Source: Escherichia coli
GTDB lineage: Bacteria; Pseudomonadota; Gammaproteobacteria; Enterobacterales; Enterobacteriaceae
Strand: one strand, 5' to 3'
Assembly (NCBI RefSeq): GCF_003334305.1
Contig: NZ_QOWS01000009.1
DNA length: 64,000 nt
Shown here: piece after piece, positions 13,872 to 26,189 of the stretch
Numbering within the stretch: position 1 is the first letter of the stretch
How the letters are laid out: the number at the start of each line of letters is the position of its first letter
Position numbers and translations under genes: made by a program
Notes under the pieces: generated by a model
What the model was told of the DNA's origin: nothing
Seen by the model: only the letters and a program-made list of their open reading frames with translations
Databases searched by the model: none

Positions 13872-14546
13872 GTGAAGGTGAAAAACAATTCACAGCTGAT
13901 GATGCCGCGCGAAAAAATGCTGAAGTTTGGTATTAGCGCCTTAACGGATGTCGAGCTGCTGGCGCTATTTCTGCGTACCGGAACGCGCGGTAAAGATGTA
14001 TTAACCCTGGCAAAAGAGATGCTGGAGAATTTCGGCTCTCTTTATGGCTTGTTAACCTCTGAATATGAACAATTTAGTGGCGTTCATGGAATTGGCGTGG
14101 CGAAATTTGCCCAGTTAAAGGGGATTGCTGAACTGGCGCGGCGTTACTACAACGTGCGGATGCGTGAAGAAAGCCCTTTACTCAGCCCGGAGATGACGAG
14201 GGAATTTTTACAAAGCCAGCTCACGGGTGAGGAGCGGGAGATCTTTATGGTGATCTTTCTCGACTCCCAACACCGGGTTATAACGCATAGCCGTCTTTTT
14301 TCCGGCACGCTAAACCATGTTGAAGTCCATCCTCGGGAAATTATCCGCGAAGCGATAAAAATAAACGCCTCGGCGCTGATCCTTGCACATAATCACCCTT
14401 CGGGTTGTGCTGAACCCAGTAAAGCGGATAAACTCATTACTGAACGGATAATAAAGAGTTGTCAGTTCATGGATTTACGCGTGCTCGACCATATCGTGAT
14501 TGGGCGTGGAGAGTATGTTTCTTTTGCCGAACGCGGCTGGATTTAA
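13872..14546 (+). CDS. yicR: RadC-like JAB domain protein YicR
   Basis: 224-aa ORF with JAMM-like HNHPSG motif; exact start codon uncertain by about 2 codons. Confidence 0.88.
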   Translation: MKVKNNSQLMMPREKMLKFGISALTDVELLALFLRTGTRGKDVLTLAKEMLENFGSLYGLLTSEYEQFSGVHGIGVAKFAQLKGIAELARRYYNVRMREESPLLSPEMTREFLQSQLTGEEREIFMVIFLDSQHRVITHSRLFSGTLNHVEVHPREIIREAIKINASALILAHNHPSGCAEPSKADKLITERIIKSCQFMDLRVLDHIVIGRGEYVSFAERGWI

Positions 14547-14741
14547 CCCGCTATGCGCGATCCTTCGGGATCTTTGTCTGTTCGGGACTTGAGCACATCG
14601 CTGAGTCAGCGTATACTACGCCACCTTTGAGAATCTCGGGTTTGGCATTTGGGCCTGGCAATCGAGAGTTCACATAGAACTGCGATGACCGGGCTGTAAA
14701 GCCTGACGAGGCGCCAATACCCCATACGAAGCTCGAGCTAA

Positions 14742-14999
<258 letters not shown>

Positions 15000-15016
15000 G
15001 TACTTAGAGGAAATAA

Positions 15017-15187
<171 letters not shown>

Positions 15188-15204
15188 TTCTCGCTTTGAT
15201 GTAA

Positions 15205-15234
15205 CAAAAAACCTCGCTCCGGCGGGGTTTTTTG
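15205..15234 (+). terminator. rho-independent terminator after rpmBG
   Basis: CCTCGC-TCCG-GCGGGG hairpin followed by TTTTTTG. Confidence 0.75.
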
Positions 15235-15284
15235 TTATCTGCTTGCCCCCATATTGACTGCATCTGTTCATTCCTGGAGATGCT

Positions 15285-16094
15285 ATGCCTGAATTACCCG
15301 AAGTTGAAACCAGCCGCCGCGGCATAGAACCGCATCTCGTTGGTGCAACCATTCTTCATGCAGTGGTGCGCAACGGACGCTTGCGCTGGCCGGTTTCAGA
15401 AGAGATCTACCGTTTAAGCGACCAACCAGTGCTTAGCGTGCAGCGGCGGGCTAAATATTTGCTGCTGGAGCTGCCTGAGGGCTGGATTATCATTCATTTG
15501 GGGATGTCTGGCAGCCTGCGCATCCTTCCAGAAGAACTTCCCCCTGAAAAGCATGACCATGTGGATTTGGTGATGAGCAACGGTAAAGTGCTGCGCTACA
15601 CCGATCCGCGCCGCTTTGGTGCCTGGCTGTGGACCAAAGAGCTGGAAGGGCATAATGTGCTGGCCCATCTTGGACCGGAGCCGCTCAGCGACGATTTCAA
15701 TGGTGAGTATCTGCATCAGAAGTGCGCGAAGAAAAAAACGGCGATTAAACCGTGGCTGATGGATAACAAGCTGGTGGTAGGGGTAGGGAATATCTATGCC
15801 AGCGAATCACTGTTTGCGGCGGGGATCCATCCGGATCGGCTGGCGTCATCACTGTCGCTGGCAGAGTGTGAATTGTTAGCTCGGGTGATTAAAGCGGTGT
15901 TGCTGCGTTCGATTGAGCAGGGCGGTACAACGCTGAAAGATTTTCTGCAAAGTGATGGTAAACCGGGCTATTTCGCACAGGAATTGCAGGTTTACGGGCG
16001 AAAAGGCGAGCCGTGTCGGGTGTGCGGTACGCCGATTGTGGCGACTAAACATGCGCAGCGGGCAACGTTTTATTGTCGGCAGTGCCAGAAGTAA
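15285..16094 (+). CDS. mutM: formamidopyrimidine-DNA glycosylase
   Basis: 269-aa [16 protein letters not shown]...; C-terminal zinc finger [26 protein letters not shown]. Confidence 0.97.
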
Positions 16095-16103
16095 TTCATG
16101 CGC

Positions 16104-16125
16104 GCCGGATGGCATACCATCCGGC
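16104..16125. repeat. REP-like hairpin between convergent mutM and coaD
   Basis: GCCGGATGGCATACCATCCGGC palindrome. Confidence 0.55.
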
Positions 16126-16132
16126 ATAAACG

Positions 16133-17897
<1,765 letters not shown>

Positions 17898-18221
17898 AGT
17901 AAATAGCTGACTTATGGATGTGCTGGGGATTCTATGTATTTAGCTGTGGCTTTACCATTACTTTTCCCGTTTTTGACTTAAATAGCAATTTACCCGCCAA
18001 TTCTTGCTGAACATCTATACTTTTTTTGTATTTTTATGCGATTCATTGATTTCTGCTGTACGTGCAGGAAGGAATCGCAGAGCAACAGTGAAAGAATATG
18101 GTTGCTAATGATTTTATTTGATTGATTTCTTTATTGAAAATCAACAATGTGCTTAAAAATCATTCGGGTCGGATTGCCGCGAAAGAAGTGATACACTAGC
18201 GCGTCAATATCAGTGCGGTAT

Positions 18222-18262
18222 CAGTATTCAGGTAGCTGTTGAGCCTGGGGCGGTAGCGTGCT
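18222..18262 (+). promoter_or_regulatory. JUMPstart element with ops site in waaQ leader
   Basis: GGCGGTAGCGTG at 18249-18260 matches the ops consensus; upstream GGTAGC direct repeat; about 50 nt before waaQ. Confidence 0.85.
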
Positions 18263-18309
18263 TTTTCTGCTTCACCTTAATCGGATAATCTCAACAAAAA
18301 GAGTTACTT

Positions 18310-19368
18310 GTGGATAAGCCATTTCGAAGAATTTTGCTCATTAAGATGCGTTTTCATGGGGATATGTTATTAACTACTCCCGTCATTAGTTCGCTGAAAA
18401 AAAATTACCCTGACGCAAAAATCGATGTGCTGCTTTATCAGGACACCATCCCGATCCTGTCTGAAAATCCAGAGATTAACGCGCTCTACGGCATAAAAAA
18501 TAAAAAAGCAAAAGCCTCAGAAAAAATTGCCAACTTTTTTCATCTCATCAAGGTATTACGTGCCAATAAGTATGACCTTATCGTCAATCTTACCGATCAA
18601 TGGATGGTTGCTATACTGGTTCGCTTATTAAATGCCCGTGTGAAAATTTCCCAGGATTATCATCATCGGCAGTCTGCTTTTTGGCGTAAAAGTTTCACCC
18701 ATTTGGTGCCGTTGCAGGGTGGAAATGTGGTGGAAAGTAACTTATCCGTGCTGACACCATTGGGACTTGATTCGTTGGTGAAGCAGACAACCATGAGTTA
18801 CCCGCCTGCAAGCTGGAAACGTATGCGTCGCGAACTTGATCACGCTGGTGTTGGACAAAATTATGTGGTTATCCAACCTACGGCGCGGCAAATCTTCAAA
18901 TGCTGGGACAACGCCAAGTTTTCCGCTGTGATTGATGCCTTACATGCTCGTGGTTATGAAGTCGTTCTGACGTCCGGCCCAGATAAAGACGATCTGGCCT
19001 GCGTCAATGAAATTGCGCAGGGATGCCAGACGCCACCAGTAACGGCGCTGGCTGGAAAGGTGACCTTCCCGGAACTTGGTGCGTTAATCGATCATGCGCA
19101 GCTGTTTATTGGCGTTGATTCCGCACCGGCGCATATTGCCGCTGCAGTTAATACGCCGCTGATATCGCTGTTTGGTGCGACAGACCATATTTTCTGGCGT
19201 CCCTGGTCAAATAACATGATTCAATTCTGGGCGGGAGATTACCGGGAAATGCCAACGCGCGATCAGCGTGACCGAAATGAGATGTATCTTTCGGTTATTC
19301 CGGCGGCAGATGTCATTGCTGCTGTCGATAAATTACTGCCCTCCTCCACGACAGGTACGTCGTTATGA
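18310..19368 (+). CDS. waaQ: LPS heptosyltransferase III
   Basis: GT9 heptosyltransferase; ORF begins with GTG at 18310 (RILLIK motif included); a TTG at 18334 is an alternative start. Confidence 0.85.
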   Translation: MDKPFRRILLIKMRFHGDMLLTTPVISSLKKNYPDAKIDVLLYQDTIPILSENPEINALYGIKNKKAKASEKIANFFHLIKVLRANKYDLIVNLTDQWMVAILVRLLNARVKISQDYHHRQSAFWRKSFTHLVPLQGGNVVESNLSVLTPLGLDSLVKQTTMSYPPASWKRMRRELDHAGVGQNYVVIQPTARQIFKCWDNAKFSAVIDALHARGYEVVLTSGPDKDDLACVNEIAQGCQTPPVTALAGKVTFPELGALIDHAQLFIGVDSAPAHIAAAVNTPLISLFGATDHIFWRPWSNNMIQFWAGDYREMPTRDQRDRNEMYLSVIPAADVIAAVDKLLPSSTTGTSL

Positions 19369-20489
19369 TCGTTGCTTTTTGTTTATATAAATATTTTCCC
19401 TTTGGCGGTTTGCAGCGTGATTTTATGCGTATTGCTCAGACAGTCGCCGCCCGAGGTCATCATGTTCGGGTTTATACCCAGTCGTGGGAAGGCGAATGCC
19501 CTGATGTATTTGAACTGATCAAAGTGCCGGTTAAATCGCATACCAATCACGGGCGCAATGCGGAGTATTTTGCCTGGGTGCAAAAACATTTACGCGAACA
19601 TCCCGTCGATAAAGTCGTTGGATTCAACAAAATGCCGGGGCTGGACGTTTATTATGCCGCTGATGTTTGTTATGCCGAGAAAGTAGCGCAGGAAAAAGGC
19701 TTTTTCTATCGCCTGACGTCACGTTATCGCCATTATGCCGCCTTTGAGCGGGCAACCTTCGAACAGGGCAAGCCGACACAGCTGCTGATGCTGACAGATA
19801 AGCAAATCGCCGATTTCCAGAAACATTATCAGACTGAAGCGGAGCGTTTTCATATTCTGCCACCGGGGATTTATCCTGATCGTAAATATAGCCAGCAGCC
19901 AGCCAATAGCCGTGAAATCTTCCGTAAGAAGAATGGAATAACCGAACAACAATATTTATTGTTGCAGGTCGGTTCAGACTTCACGCGTAAAGGTGTCGAT
20001 CGTTCCATTGAAGCACTTGCTTCGTTACCGGATTCGCTGCGCCACAACACATTGCTATATGTTGTTGGGCAGGATAAACCGCGAAAATTTGAGGCGCTGG
20101 CAGAAAAACGCGGTGTGCGCAGTAATGTTCACTTTTTCTCGGGGCGCAATGATGTCTCGGAATTAATGGCGGCGGCGGATTTATTACTGCATCCTGCCTA
20201 CCAGGAAGCGGCGGGAATTGTGCTGCTGGAAGCGATTACTGCAGGATTACCGGTACTAACAACTGCCGTTTGTGGCTATGCGCATTATATTGTCGACGCT
20301 AATTGCGGCGAGGCTATTGCTGAGCCATTCCGCCAGGAAACATTGAATGAGATTTTACGCAAAGCGTTAACGCAATCTTCATTGCGCCAGGCCTGGGCGG
20401 AAAATGCGCGACATTATGCTGATACACAAGATTTATACAGTCTGCCAGAGAAAGCGGCGGATATCATAACGGGTGGTCTGGATGGTTGA
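19365..20489 (+). CDS. waaG: LPS glucosyltransferase I (GT4)
   Basis: 374-aa ORF; ATGA overlap with waaQ stop. Confidence 0.93.
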   Translation: MIVAFCLYKYFPFGGLQRDFMRIAQTVAARGHHVRVYTQSWEGECPDVFELIKVPVKSHTNHGRNAEYFAWVQKHLREHPVDKVVGFNKMPGLDVYYAADVCYAEKVAQEKGFFYRLTSRYRHYAAFERATFEQGKPTQLLMLTDKQIADFQKHYQTEAERFHILPPGIYPDRKYSQQPANSREIFRKKNGITEQQYLLLQVGSDFTRKGVDRSIEALASLPDSLRHNTLLYVVGQDKPRKFEALAEKRGVRSNVHFFSGRNDVSELMAAADLLLHPAYQEAAGIVLLEAITAGLPVLTTAVCGYAHYIVDANCGEAIAEPFRQETLNEILRKALTQSSLRQAWAENARHYADTQDLYSLPEKAADIITGGLDG

Positions 20490-21279
20490 ACTTAAAGAGC
20501 CGTTTGCCACGTTATGGCGCGGCAAAGATCCTTTTGAGGAAGTTAAAACCTTGCAGGGTGAGGTATTTCGTGAACTGGAAACTCGCCGTACTCTGCGCTT
20601 TGAAATGGCGGGCAAAAGCTATTTTCTCAAATGGCATCGCGGCACGACCCTGAAAGAGATAATCAAAAATTTACTCTCATTGCGGATGCCAGTATTAGGC
20701 GCTGACCGCGAATGGAATGCGATTCATCGACTGCGGGATGTCGGCGTTGATACTATGTATGGGGTGGTATTTGGCGAAAAAGGCATGAATCCGCTGACCA
20801 GAACTTCATTTATTATTACCGAAGATCTGACACCAACCATAAGTCTGGAAGATTACTGTGCTGACTGGGCGACTACCCCTCCAGATGTTCGCGTAAAGCG
20901 TATGCTTATTAAGCGTGTCGCGACGATGGTGCGCGATATGCATGCTGCGGGCATTAACCACCGTGACTGTTATATCTGTCATTTCCTGCTGCACTTGCCT
21001 TTTTCCGGTAAGGAAGAGGAGTTAAAAATTTCGGTAATTGACCTGCACCGGGCGCAGCTTCGCACGCGCGTTCCACGTCGTTGGCGGGATAAAGATCTTA
21101 TTGGGCTTTATTTTTCTTCGATGAATATCGGCCTGACTCAGCGGGATATCTGGCGGTTTATGAAAGTGTATTTTGCCGCCCCGCTTAAAGACATTCTCAA
21201 GCAGGAACAAGGACTGCTGTCGCAAGCAGAAGCAAAAGCCACAAAAATCAGGGAAAGAACGATTCGAAAATCGTTGTAA
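20482..21279 (+). CDS. waaP: LPS core heptose(I) kinase
   Basis: ORF 20473-21279; start trimmed to [21 protein letters not shown] (265 aa). Confidence 0.92.
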   Translation: MVELKEPFATLWRGKDPFEEVKTLQGEVFRELETRRTLRFEMAGKSYFLKWHRGTTLKEIIKNLLSLRMPVLGADREWNAIHRLRDVGVDTMYGVVFGEKGMNPLTRTSFIITEDLTPTISLEDYCADWATTPPDVRVKRMLIKRVATMVRDMHAAGINHRDCYICHFLLHLPFSGKEEELKISVIDLHRAQLRTRVPRRWRDKDLIGLYFSSMNIGLTQRDIWRFMKVYFAAPLKDILKQEQGLLSQAEAKATKIRERTIRKSL

Positions 21280-21294
21280 TTTCCGGAGAGAAAT

Positions 21295-22311
21295 ATGAGT
21301 GCCCACTATTTTAATCCACAAGAGATGATCAATAAGACAATCATCTTCGATGAAAGGCCAGCGGCGTCAGTGGCATCATCATTCCATGTTGCTTATGGCA
21401 TTGATAAAAACTTTCTTTTTGGTTGTGGTGTTTCAATCACGTCAGTTTTGTTACATAACAACGACGTGAGTTTTGTTTTCCACGTTTTTATTGATGATAT
21501 CCCTGAAGCCGATATCCAGCGTTTAGCCCAATTGGCGAAAAGCTATCGTACCTGTATCCAGATCCATCTAGTAAATTGTGAACGGCTTAAGGCATTACCG
21601 ACGACCAAAAATTGGTCTATTGCCATGTATTTCCGTTTTGTAATTGCAGATTACTTTATTGATCAACAAGATAAGATCCTTTACCTGGATGCTGATATCG
21701 CCTGTCAGGGAAACTTAAAGCCGCTGATAACAATGGATCTTGCCAATAACGTTGCTGCTGTTGTTACTGAACGCGATGCTAACTGGTGGTCGTTACGGGG
21801 TCAAAGTCTGCAGTGTAATGAACTTGAAAAGGGTTACTTTAATTCAGGTGTCCTGTTAATTAATACACTAGCGTGGGCGCAGGAGTCCGTTTCTGCTAAA
21901 GCGATGTCGATGCTTGCTGATAAAGCCATCGTTTCCCGTTTAACCTATATGGATCAAGATATCCTTAATCTTATCCTGTTAGGGAAAGTTAAATTCATTG
22001 ATGCTAAATACAATACGCAATTTAGTTTAAATTATGAATTAAAAAAATCATTTGTTTGTCCAATTAATGATGAAACCGTATTAATTCATTATGTCGGCCC
22101 GACAAAACCCTGGCATTACTGGGCCGGTTATCCAAGTGCGCAACCTTTTATCAAAGCCAAAGAAGCATCGCCCTGGAAAAATGAACCGTTAATGCGGCCA
22201 GTTAACTCAAACTATGCTCGTTATTGCGCCAAGCATAATTTTAAACAAAACAAACCAATTAACGGGATAATGAATTATATTTATTATTTTTATTTAAAGA
22301 TAATAAAATGA
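21295..22311 (+). CDS. waaO: GT8 LPS alpha-1,3-glucosyltransferase (R1-type WaaO)
   Basis: 338-aa GT8 retaining glycosyltransferase; first gene of the AT-rich outer-core block. Confidence 0.75.
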   Translation: MSAHYFNPQEMINKTIIFDERPAASVASSFHVAYGIDKNFLFGCGVSITSVLLHNNDVSFVFHVFIDDIPEADIQRLAQLAKSYRTCIQIHLVNCERLKALPTTKNWSIAMYFRFVIADYFIDQQDKILYLDADIACQGNLKPLITMDLANNVAAVVTERDANWWSLRGQSLQCNELEKGYFNSGVLLINTLAWAQESVSAKAMSMLADKAIVSRLTYMDQDILNLILLGKVKFIDAKYNTQFSLNYELKKSFVCPINDETVLIHYVGPTKPWHYWAGYPSAQPFIKAKEASPWKNEPLMRPVNSNYARYCAKHNFKQNKPINGIMNYIYYFYLKIIK

Positions 22312-22327
22312 AATTGAGAAAAGTTAA

Positions 22328-23323
22328 ATGAATGAATTTATAAAAGAACGGTTTTCGTATTTAGCAGATAATAAAAAAGAAAACGCCCCAGAGCTAAATG
22401 TTTCCTACGGTATCGATAAGAATTTTTTGTATGGTGCTGGCGTTTCAATTTCTTCCGTTTTGATTAATAATTCAGATATTAATTTTGTCTTTCATGTTTT
22501 CACTGATTATGTGGATGATGATTATTTAAAGTCATTTAATGAAACAGCAAAACAATTTAATACCTCAATTATTGTATATTTAATTGACCCCAAATACTTT
22601 GCTGATCTGCCGACGTCACAGTTTTGGTCGTACGCGACATACTTCAGGGTATTGTCTTTTGAATATCTGAGTGAAAGTATTTCCACACTGCTGTATCTGG
22701 ATGCCGATGTTGTTTGTAAAGGAAGCCTGAAACCTCTCACAGAAATTATATTTAAAGATGAGTTTGCTGCGGTCATTCCTGACAATGATAGTACTCAGGC
22801 GGCATGTGCAAAACGCCTCAACATTCCCGAAATGAATGGACGTTATTTCAATGCAGGCGTTATCTATGTCAATCTTAAAAAATGGCATGAAGCAAATTTG
22901 ACACCGTATTTACTCAAACTTTTACGAGGGGAAACTAAATATGGCTCTCTTAAATATTTAGATCAGGATGCGTTGAATATCGCATTTAATATGAATAATA
23001 TCTACCTTGCGAAGAATTTTGATACTATTTATACCCTGAAAAACGAACTTTATGATCGTAGTCATCGAAAGTATCAGCAAACCATTACCGATAAAACAGT
23101 GTTGATTCACTATACAGGGATAACTAAACCATGGCATAGCTGGGCTGGATATCCGTCTGCATCATACTTTAATATCGCGCGTGAACAATCTCCCTGGAAG
23201 AAATATCCTCTTAAAGAGGCGCGGACTGTTGCAGAAATGCAGAAACAATATAAGCATCTGTTTGCCCATGGTGAGTATATAAAAGGCATAACTTCATTAA
23301 TTAAGTACAAGCTTAAGAAATAA
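22328..23323 (+). CDS. waaT: GT8 LPS alpha-1,2 hexosyltransferase (R1-type WaaT)
   Basis: 331-aa GT8 paralogue; position between waaO and waaY. Confidence 0.7.
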   Translation: MNEFIKERFSYLADNKKENAPELNVSYGIDKNFLYGAGVSISSVLINNSDINFVFHVFTDYVDDDYLKSFNETAKQFNTSIIVYLIDPKYFADLPTSQFWSYATYFRVLSFEYLSESISTLLYLDADVVCKGSLKPLTEIIFKDEFAAVIPDNDSTQAACAKRLNIPEMNGRYFNAGVIYVNLKKWHEANLTPYLLKLLRGETKYGSLKYLDQDALNIAFNMNNIYLAKNFDTIYTLKNELYDRSHRKYQQTITDKTVLIHYTGITKPWHSWAGYPSASYFNIAREQSPWKKYPLKEARTVAEMQKQYKHLFAHGEYIKGITSLIKYKLKK

Positions 23324-23332
23324 ATTACTCTT

Positions 23333-24025
23333 ATGATTACAAGTATACGTTATCGCGGCTTCTCATTTTATTACAAAGATAATGATAATAAATATAAAGA
23401 AATCTTTGATGAAATACTGGCCTATAATTTTAAAACAGTAAAAGTATTACGTAATATTGATGATACCAAAGTATCATTGATTGATACGAAATATGGTCGC
23501 TATGTTTTTAAAGTCTTTGCCCCGAAAACGAAAAGGAATGAACGTTTTTTAAAATCTTTTGTAAAAGGTGACTACTATCAGAATTTGATCGTTGAAACCG
23601 ATCGTGTCAGAAGTGCAGGTCTTACTTTTCCTAATGATTTTTATTTTCTGGCTGAGCGTAAAATTTTCAACTATGCCAGTGTTTTTATTATGCTTATCGA
23701 GTATGTCGAGGGCGTAGAGCTCAATGATATGCCGATTATTCCAGAAAATGTTAAAGCAGAAATTAAGGCTTCAATGGAAAAATTGCATGCCTTAAATATG
23801 CTATCGGGCGACCCACACCGGGGTAATTTTATCGTTAGTAAAGATGGTGTCAGGATAATTGACCTATCCGGTAAAAGCTGTACGGCAGAGCGTAAAGCTC
23901 GTGATCGTCTGGCCATGGAACGTCACCTGGGTATTGCCAACGAAATAAAAGATTATGGCTACTATTCAGTAATCTACAGAACCAAACTACGCAAATTTAT
24001 TAAAAAATTAAAAGGCAAAGCGTAA
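23333..24025 (+). CDS. waaY: LPS core heptose(II) kinase
   Basis: 230-aa ORF; kinase-like; conserved position in waa clusters. Confidence 0.85.
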   Translation: MITSIRYRGFSFYYKDNDNKYKEIFDEILAYNFKTVKVLRNIDDTKVSLIDTKYGRYVFKVFAPKTKRNERFLKSFVKGDYYQNLIVETDRVRSAGLTFPNDFYFLAERKIFNYASVFIMLIEYVEGVELNDMPIIPENVKAEIKASMEKLHALNMLSGDPHRGNFIVSKDGVRIIDLSGKSCTAERKARDRLAMERHLGIANEIKDYGYYSVIYRTKLRKFIKKLKGKA

Positions 24026-24050
24026 ACCACACAGTCAAAACGGAACCAAC

Positions 24051-25076
24051 ATGGATTTATTAGCTGAGAGTATTACTGAAGTCGCTGTCTCTGGGGAAAT
24101 TGCTAACACCGATCGTGTGTTAAATATCGCTTACGGTATTGACCGTAACTTTTTATTTGGTGCGGCAGTATCTATGCAATCAGTTGTTATGCATAACCCG
24201 GACCTTGCGGTTAAGTTTCATCTCTTTACCGACTACATTGATGAAGATTATCTACAACGTGTTAATGCTTTTACCAGCAAAAATGCTAACGTTGAAGTAA
24301 TAATTTATAAAGTCTCCAATGCCTTTATTGATATCTTCCCCAGCCTGAAACAGTGGTCTTATGCAACATTCTTCCGTTTAGTTGCGTTCCAGTATTTGAG
24401 TGAAACTATTGAAAATCTGTTATATATCGATGCTGATGTCATCTGTAAAGGCTCATTAGCTGGATTGCTTGATATTAATTTTGATGAGGATAAGTTCGCA
24501 GCTGTTATTAAAGATGTGCCTTTTATGCAGGAAAAACCAGCGAAGCGTCTGGCTATAGAGGGACTTCCAGGGAATTATTTCAACGCCGGTGTAGTATATC
24601 TGCAGCTTGAAGCATGGGCGAAAAATGATTTTATGAATAAAGCCATTGCTATGCTGGCAAGTGACCCGCAGCACACGAAGTATAAATGCCTTGATCAGGA
24701 TATTTTAAATATTCTGTTCTTTGGTCATTGTATTTTTATTAGCGGCGATTATGATTGCTTTTATGGCATTGACTATGAGTTAAAAAATAAAAGCGATGAA
24801 GATTATAAAAAGACCATTACCGATGATACTAAGCTGATTCATTATGTTGGCGTAACGAAGCCCTGGAACGACTGGACGAATTATCCCTGCCAGAAGTATT
24901 TTAATGAGGCTTATCAGGCTTCTTGCTGGAATGATGTGGCGTTTATTCCAGCCACGAATGAAAAGCAGTATCAAGTGAAATATCAACATGCAAAGAAAAA
25001 TGGTGATACGTTTAACGCTTTTATTTACTTCATTAAATTTAAATTAAATAAGTATAAAAGAAAACTATTTGGATAA
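24051..25076 (+). CDS. waaW: GT8 LPS alpha-1,2 hexosyltransferase (R1-type WaaW)
   Basis: 341-aa third GT8 paralogue, sharing the NIAYGIDxNFLFG N-terminal motif with waaO/waaT. Confidence 0.7.
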   Translation: MDLLAESITEVAVSGEIANTDRVLNIAYGIDRNFLFGAAVSMQSVVMHNPDLAVKFHLFTDYIDEDYLQRVNAFTSKNANVEVIIYKVSNAFIDIFPSLKQWSYATFFRLVAFQYLSETIENLLYIDADVICKGSLAGLLDINFDEDKFAAVIKDVPFMQEKPAKRLAIEGLPGNYFNAGVVYLQLEAWAKNDFMNKAIAMLASDPQHTKYKCLDQDILNILFFGHCIFISGDYDCFYGIDYELKNKSDEDYKKTITDDTKLIHYVGVTKPWNDWTNYPCQKYFNEAYQASCWNDVAFIPATNEKQYQVKYQHAKKNGDTFNAFIYFIKFKLNKYKRKLFG

Positions 25077-25160
25077 TAATAAAAATCATGGATGTCTGAG
25101 TTACAATAATAATTAAGGATGAGTACTATCATATTTTATTAGTTCAGGCAAGAGAACACG

Positions 25161-26144
25161 ATGAGCAATGATTACCCTTTAGTATCCATAATAATACCGA
25201 CGTATAATTCATCTGATTACATTACTGAAACTCTAACGAAATTAGAAAAACAAACTTACCCAAATTTTGAAATTGTTATTGTTAATGATGGTTCTAAAGA
25301 TAACACATCAAACGTTTTGAGAGAGTATGGGTTAACCCACTCTCGATTAATTATTATCAATAAAGAAAATGGCGGTGTTTCGTCTGCCAGGAATACAGGT
25401 ATCCGCAAGGCGCAAGGACAGTTTATATGTTTTATGGATGATGATGATGAGATAGATCCTAACTATCTGCTGAAGATGTATACCAGACAACATGAGACGG
25501 GAGGGGATGCGATTTATTGTGGGCTTTATGGCCATTATATAAAAGATGGTGTTACTTACTCACCTATAAATACAGAGTTTAATGAAGGATCTTTACTTTT
25601 CGACTTTTTTTATAAAAAGGTTAGATTCCATATAGGGTGCTTGTTTATAAGAAAACAACTTCTGGAAGAGAATAATCTTTTTTTTGATGAAGATTTACGA
25701 CTAGGAGAAGATCTTGATTTTATCTATCGACTGCTAATTACATGCGATATGTATGCGGTTCCATATTATATGTATAAGCATAACTATAGAGAAAATTCCT
25801 TAATGAACTCATGTAGAACCATCACTCATTATCGACATGAGTCATTTGCGCACGAAAGAATCTACTCTTCTGTGATGCAGTTATACAAAGGTAACCGGAA
25901 AGAAGAAATTCATACATTATTGAGTCAAAATAGAGCTTATCATAAAACTCGTTATTTATGGAATGTTCTACTTAATGGTGATTTTAAACTATTGAATCAA
26001 TTAGTTGAAAACAATGATAAAGAATTAAGAGATTGTAATCTTCCTGGCAAGAGAGATAAGAGACGAGCAAAAATATTAGCATCAAAAAATTATATTCTCT
26101 GGAGGATGGTAAGACTGGTAAATAGAAAAAAGAATAAACGTTAG
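25161..26144 (+). CDS. waaV: GT2 LPS beta-glucosyltransferase (R1-type WaaV)
   Basis: 327-aa GT2 with SIIIPTYNSSDYITETL and FMDDDDEIDP motifs; a GT2 here (not GT25 WaaX or GT9 WaaK) indicates R1. Confidence 0.7.
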   Translation: MSNDYPLVSIIIPTYNSSDYITETLTKLEKQTYPNFEIVIVNDGSKDNTSNVLREYGLTHSRLIIINKENGGVSSARNTGIRKAQGQFICFMDDDDEIDPNYLLKMYTRQHETGGDAIYCGLYGHYIKDGVTYSPINTEFNEGSLLFDFFYKKVRFHIGCLFIRKQLLEENNLFFDEDLRLGEDLDFIYRLLITCDMYAVPYYMYKHNYRENSLMNSCRTITHYRHESFAHERIYSSVMQLYKGNRKEEIHTLLSQNRAYHKTRYLWNVLLNGDFKLLNQLVENNDKELRDCNLPGKRDKRRAKILASKNYILWRMVRLVNRKKNKR

Positions 26145-26189
26145 ATCTTGCATTAAATAACCCATCCTCGTAGCATAGGTTGAAACTAT

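Noticed and set aside
25161-26144. Alternative call of this glycosyltransferase as R4-type WaaX
   Set aside because: The protein shows GT2 motifs (IIIPTYN, DDDD) and a 327-aa length, whereas WaaX is recalled as a GT25-type enzyme; R1 WaaV fits better, though this was not verified by alignment
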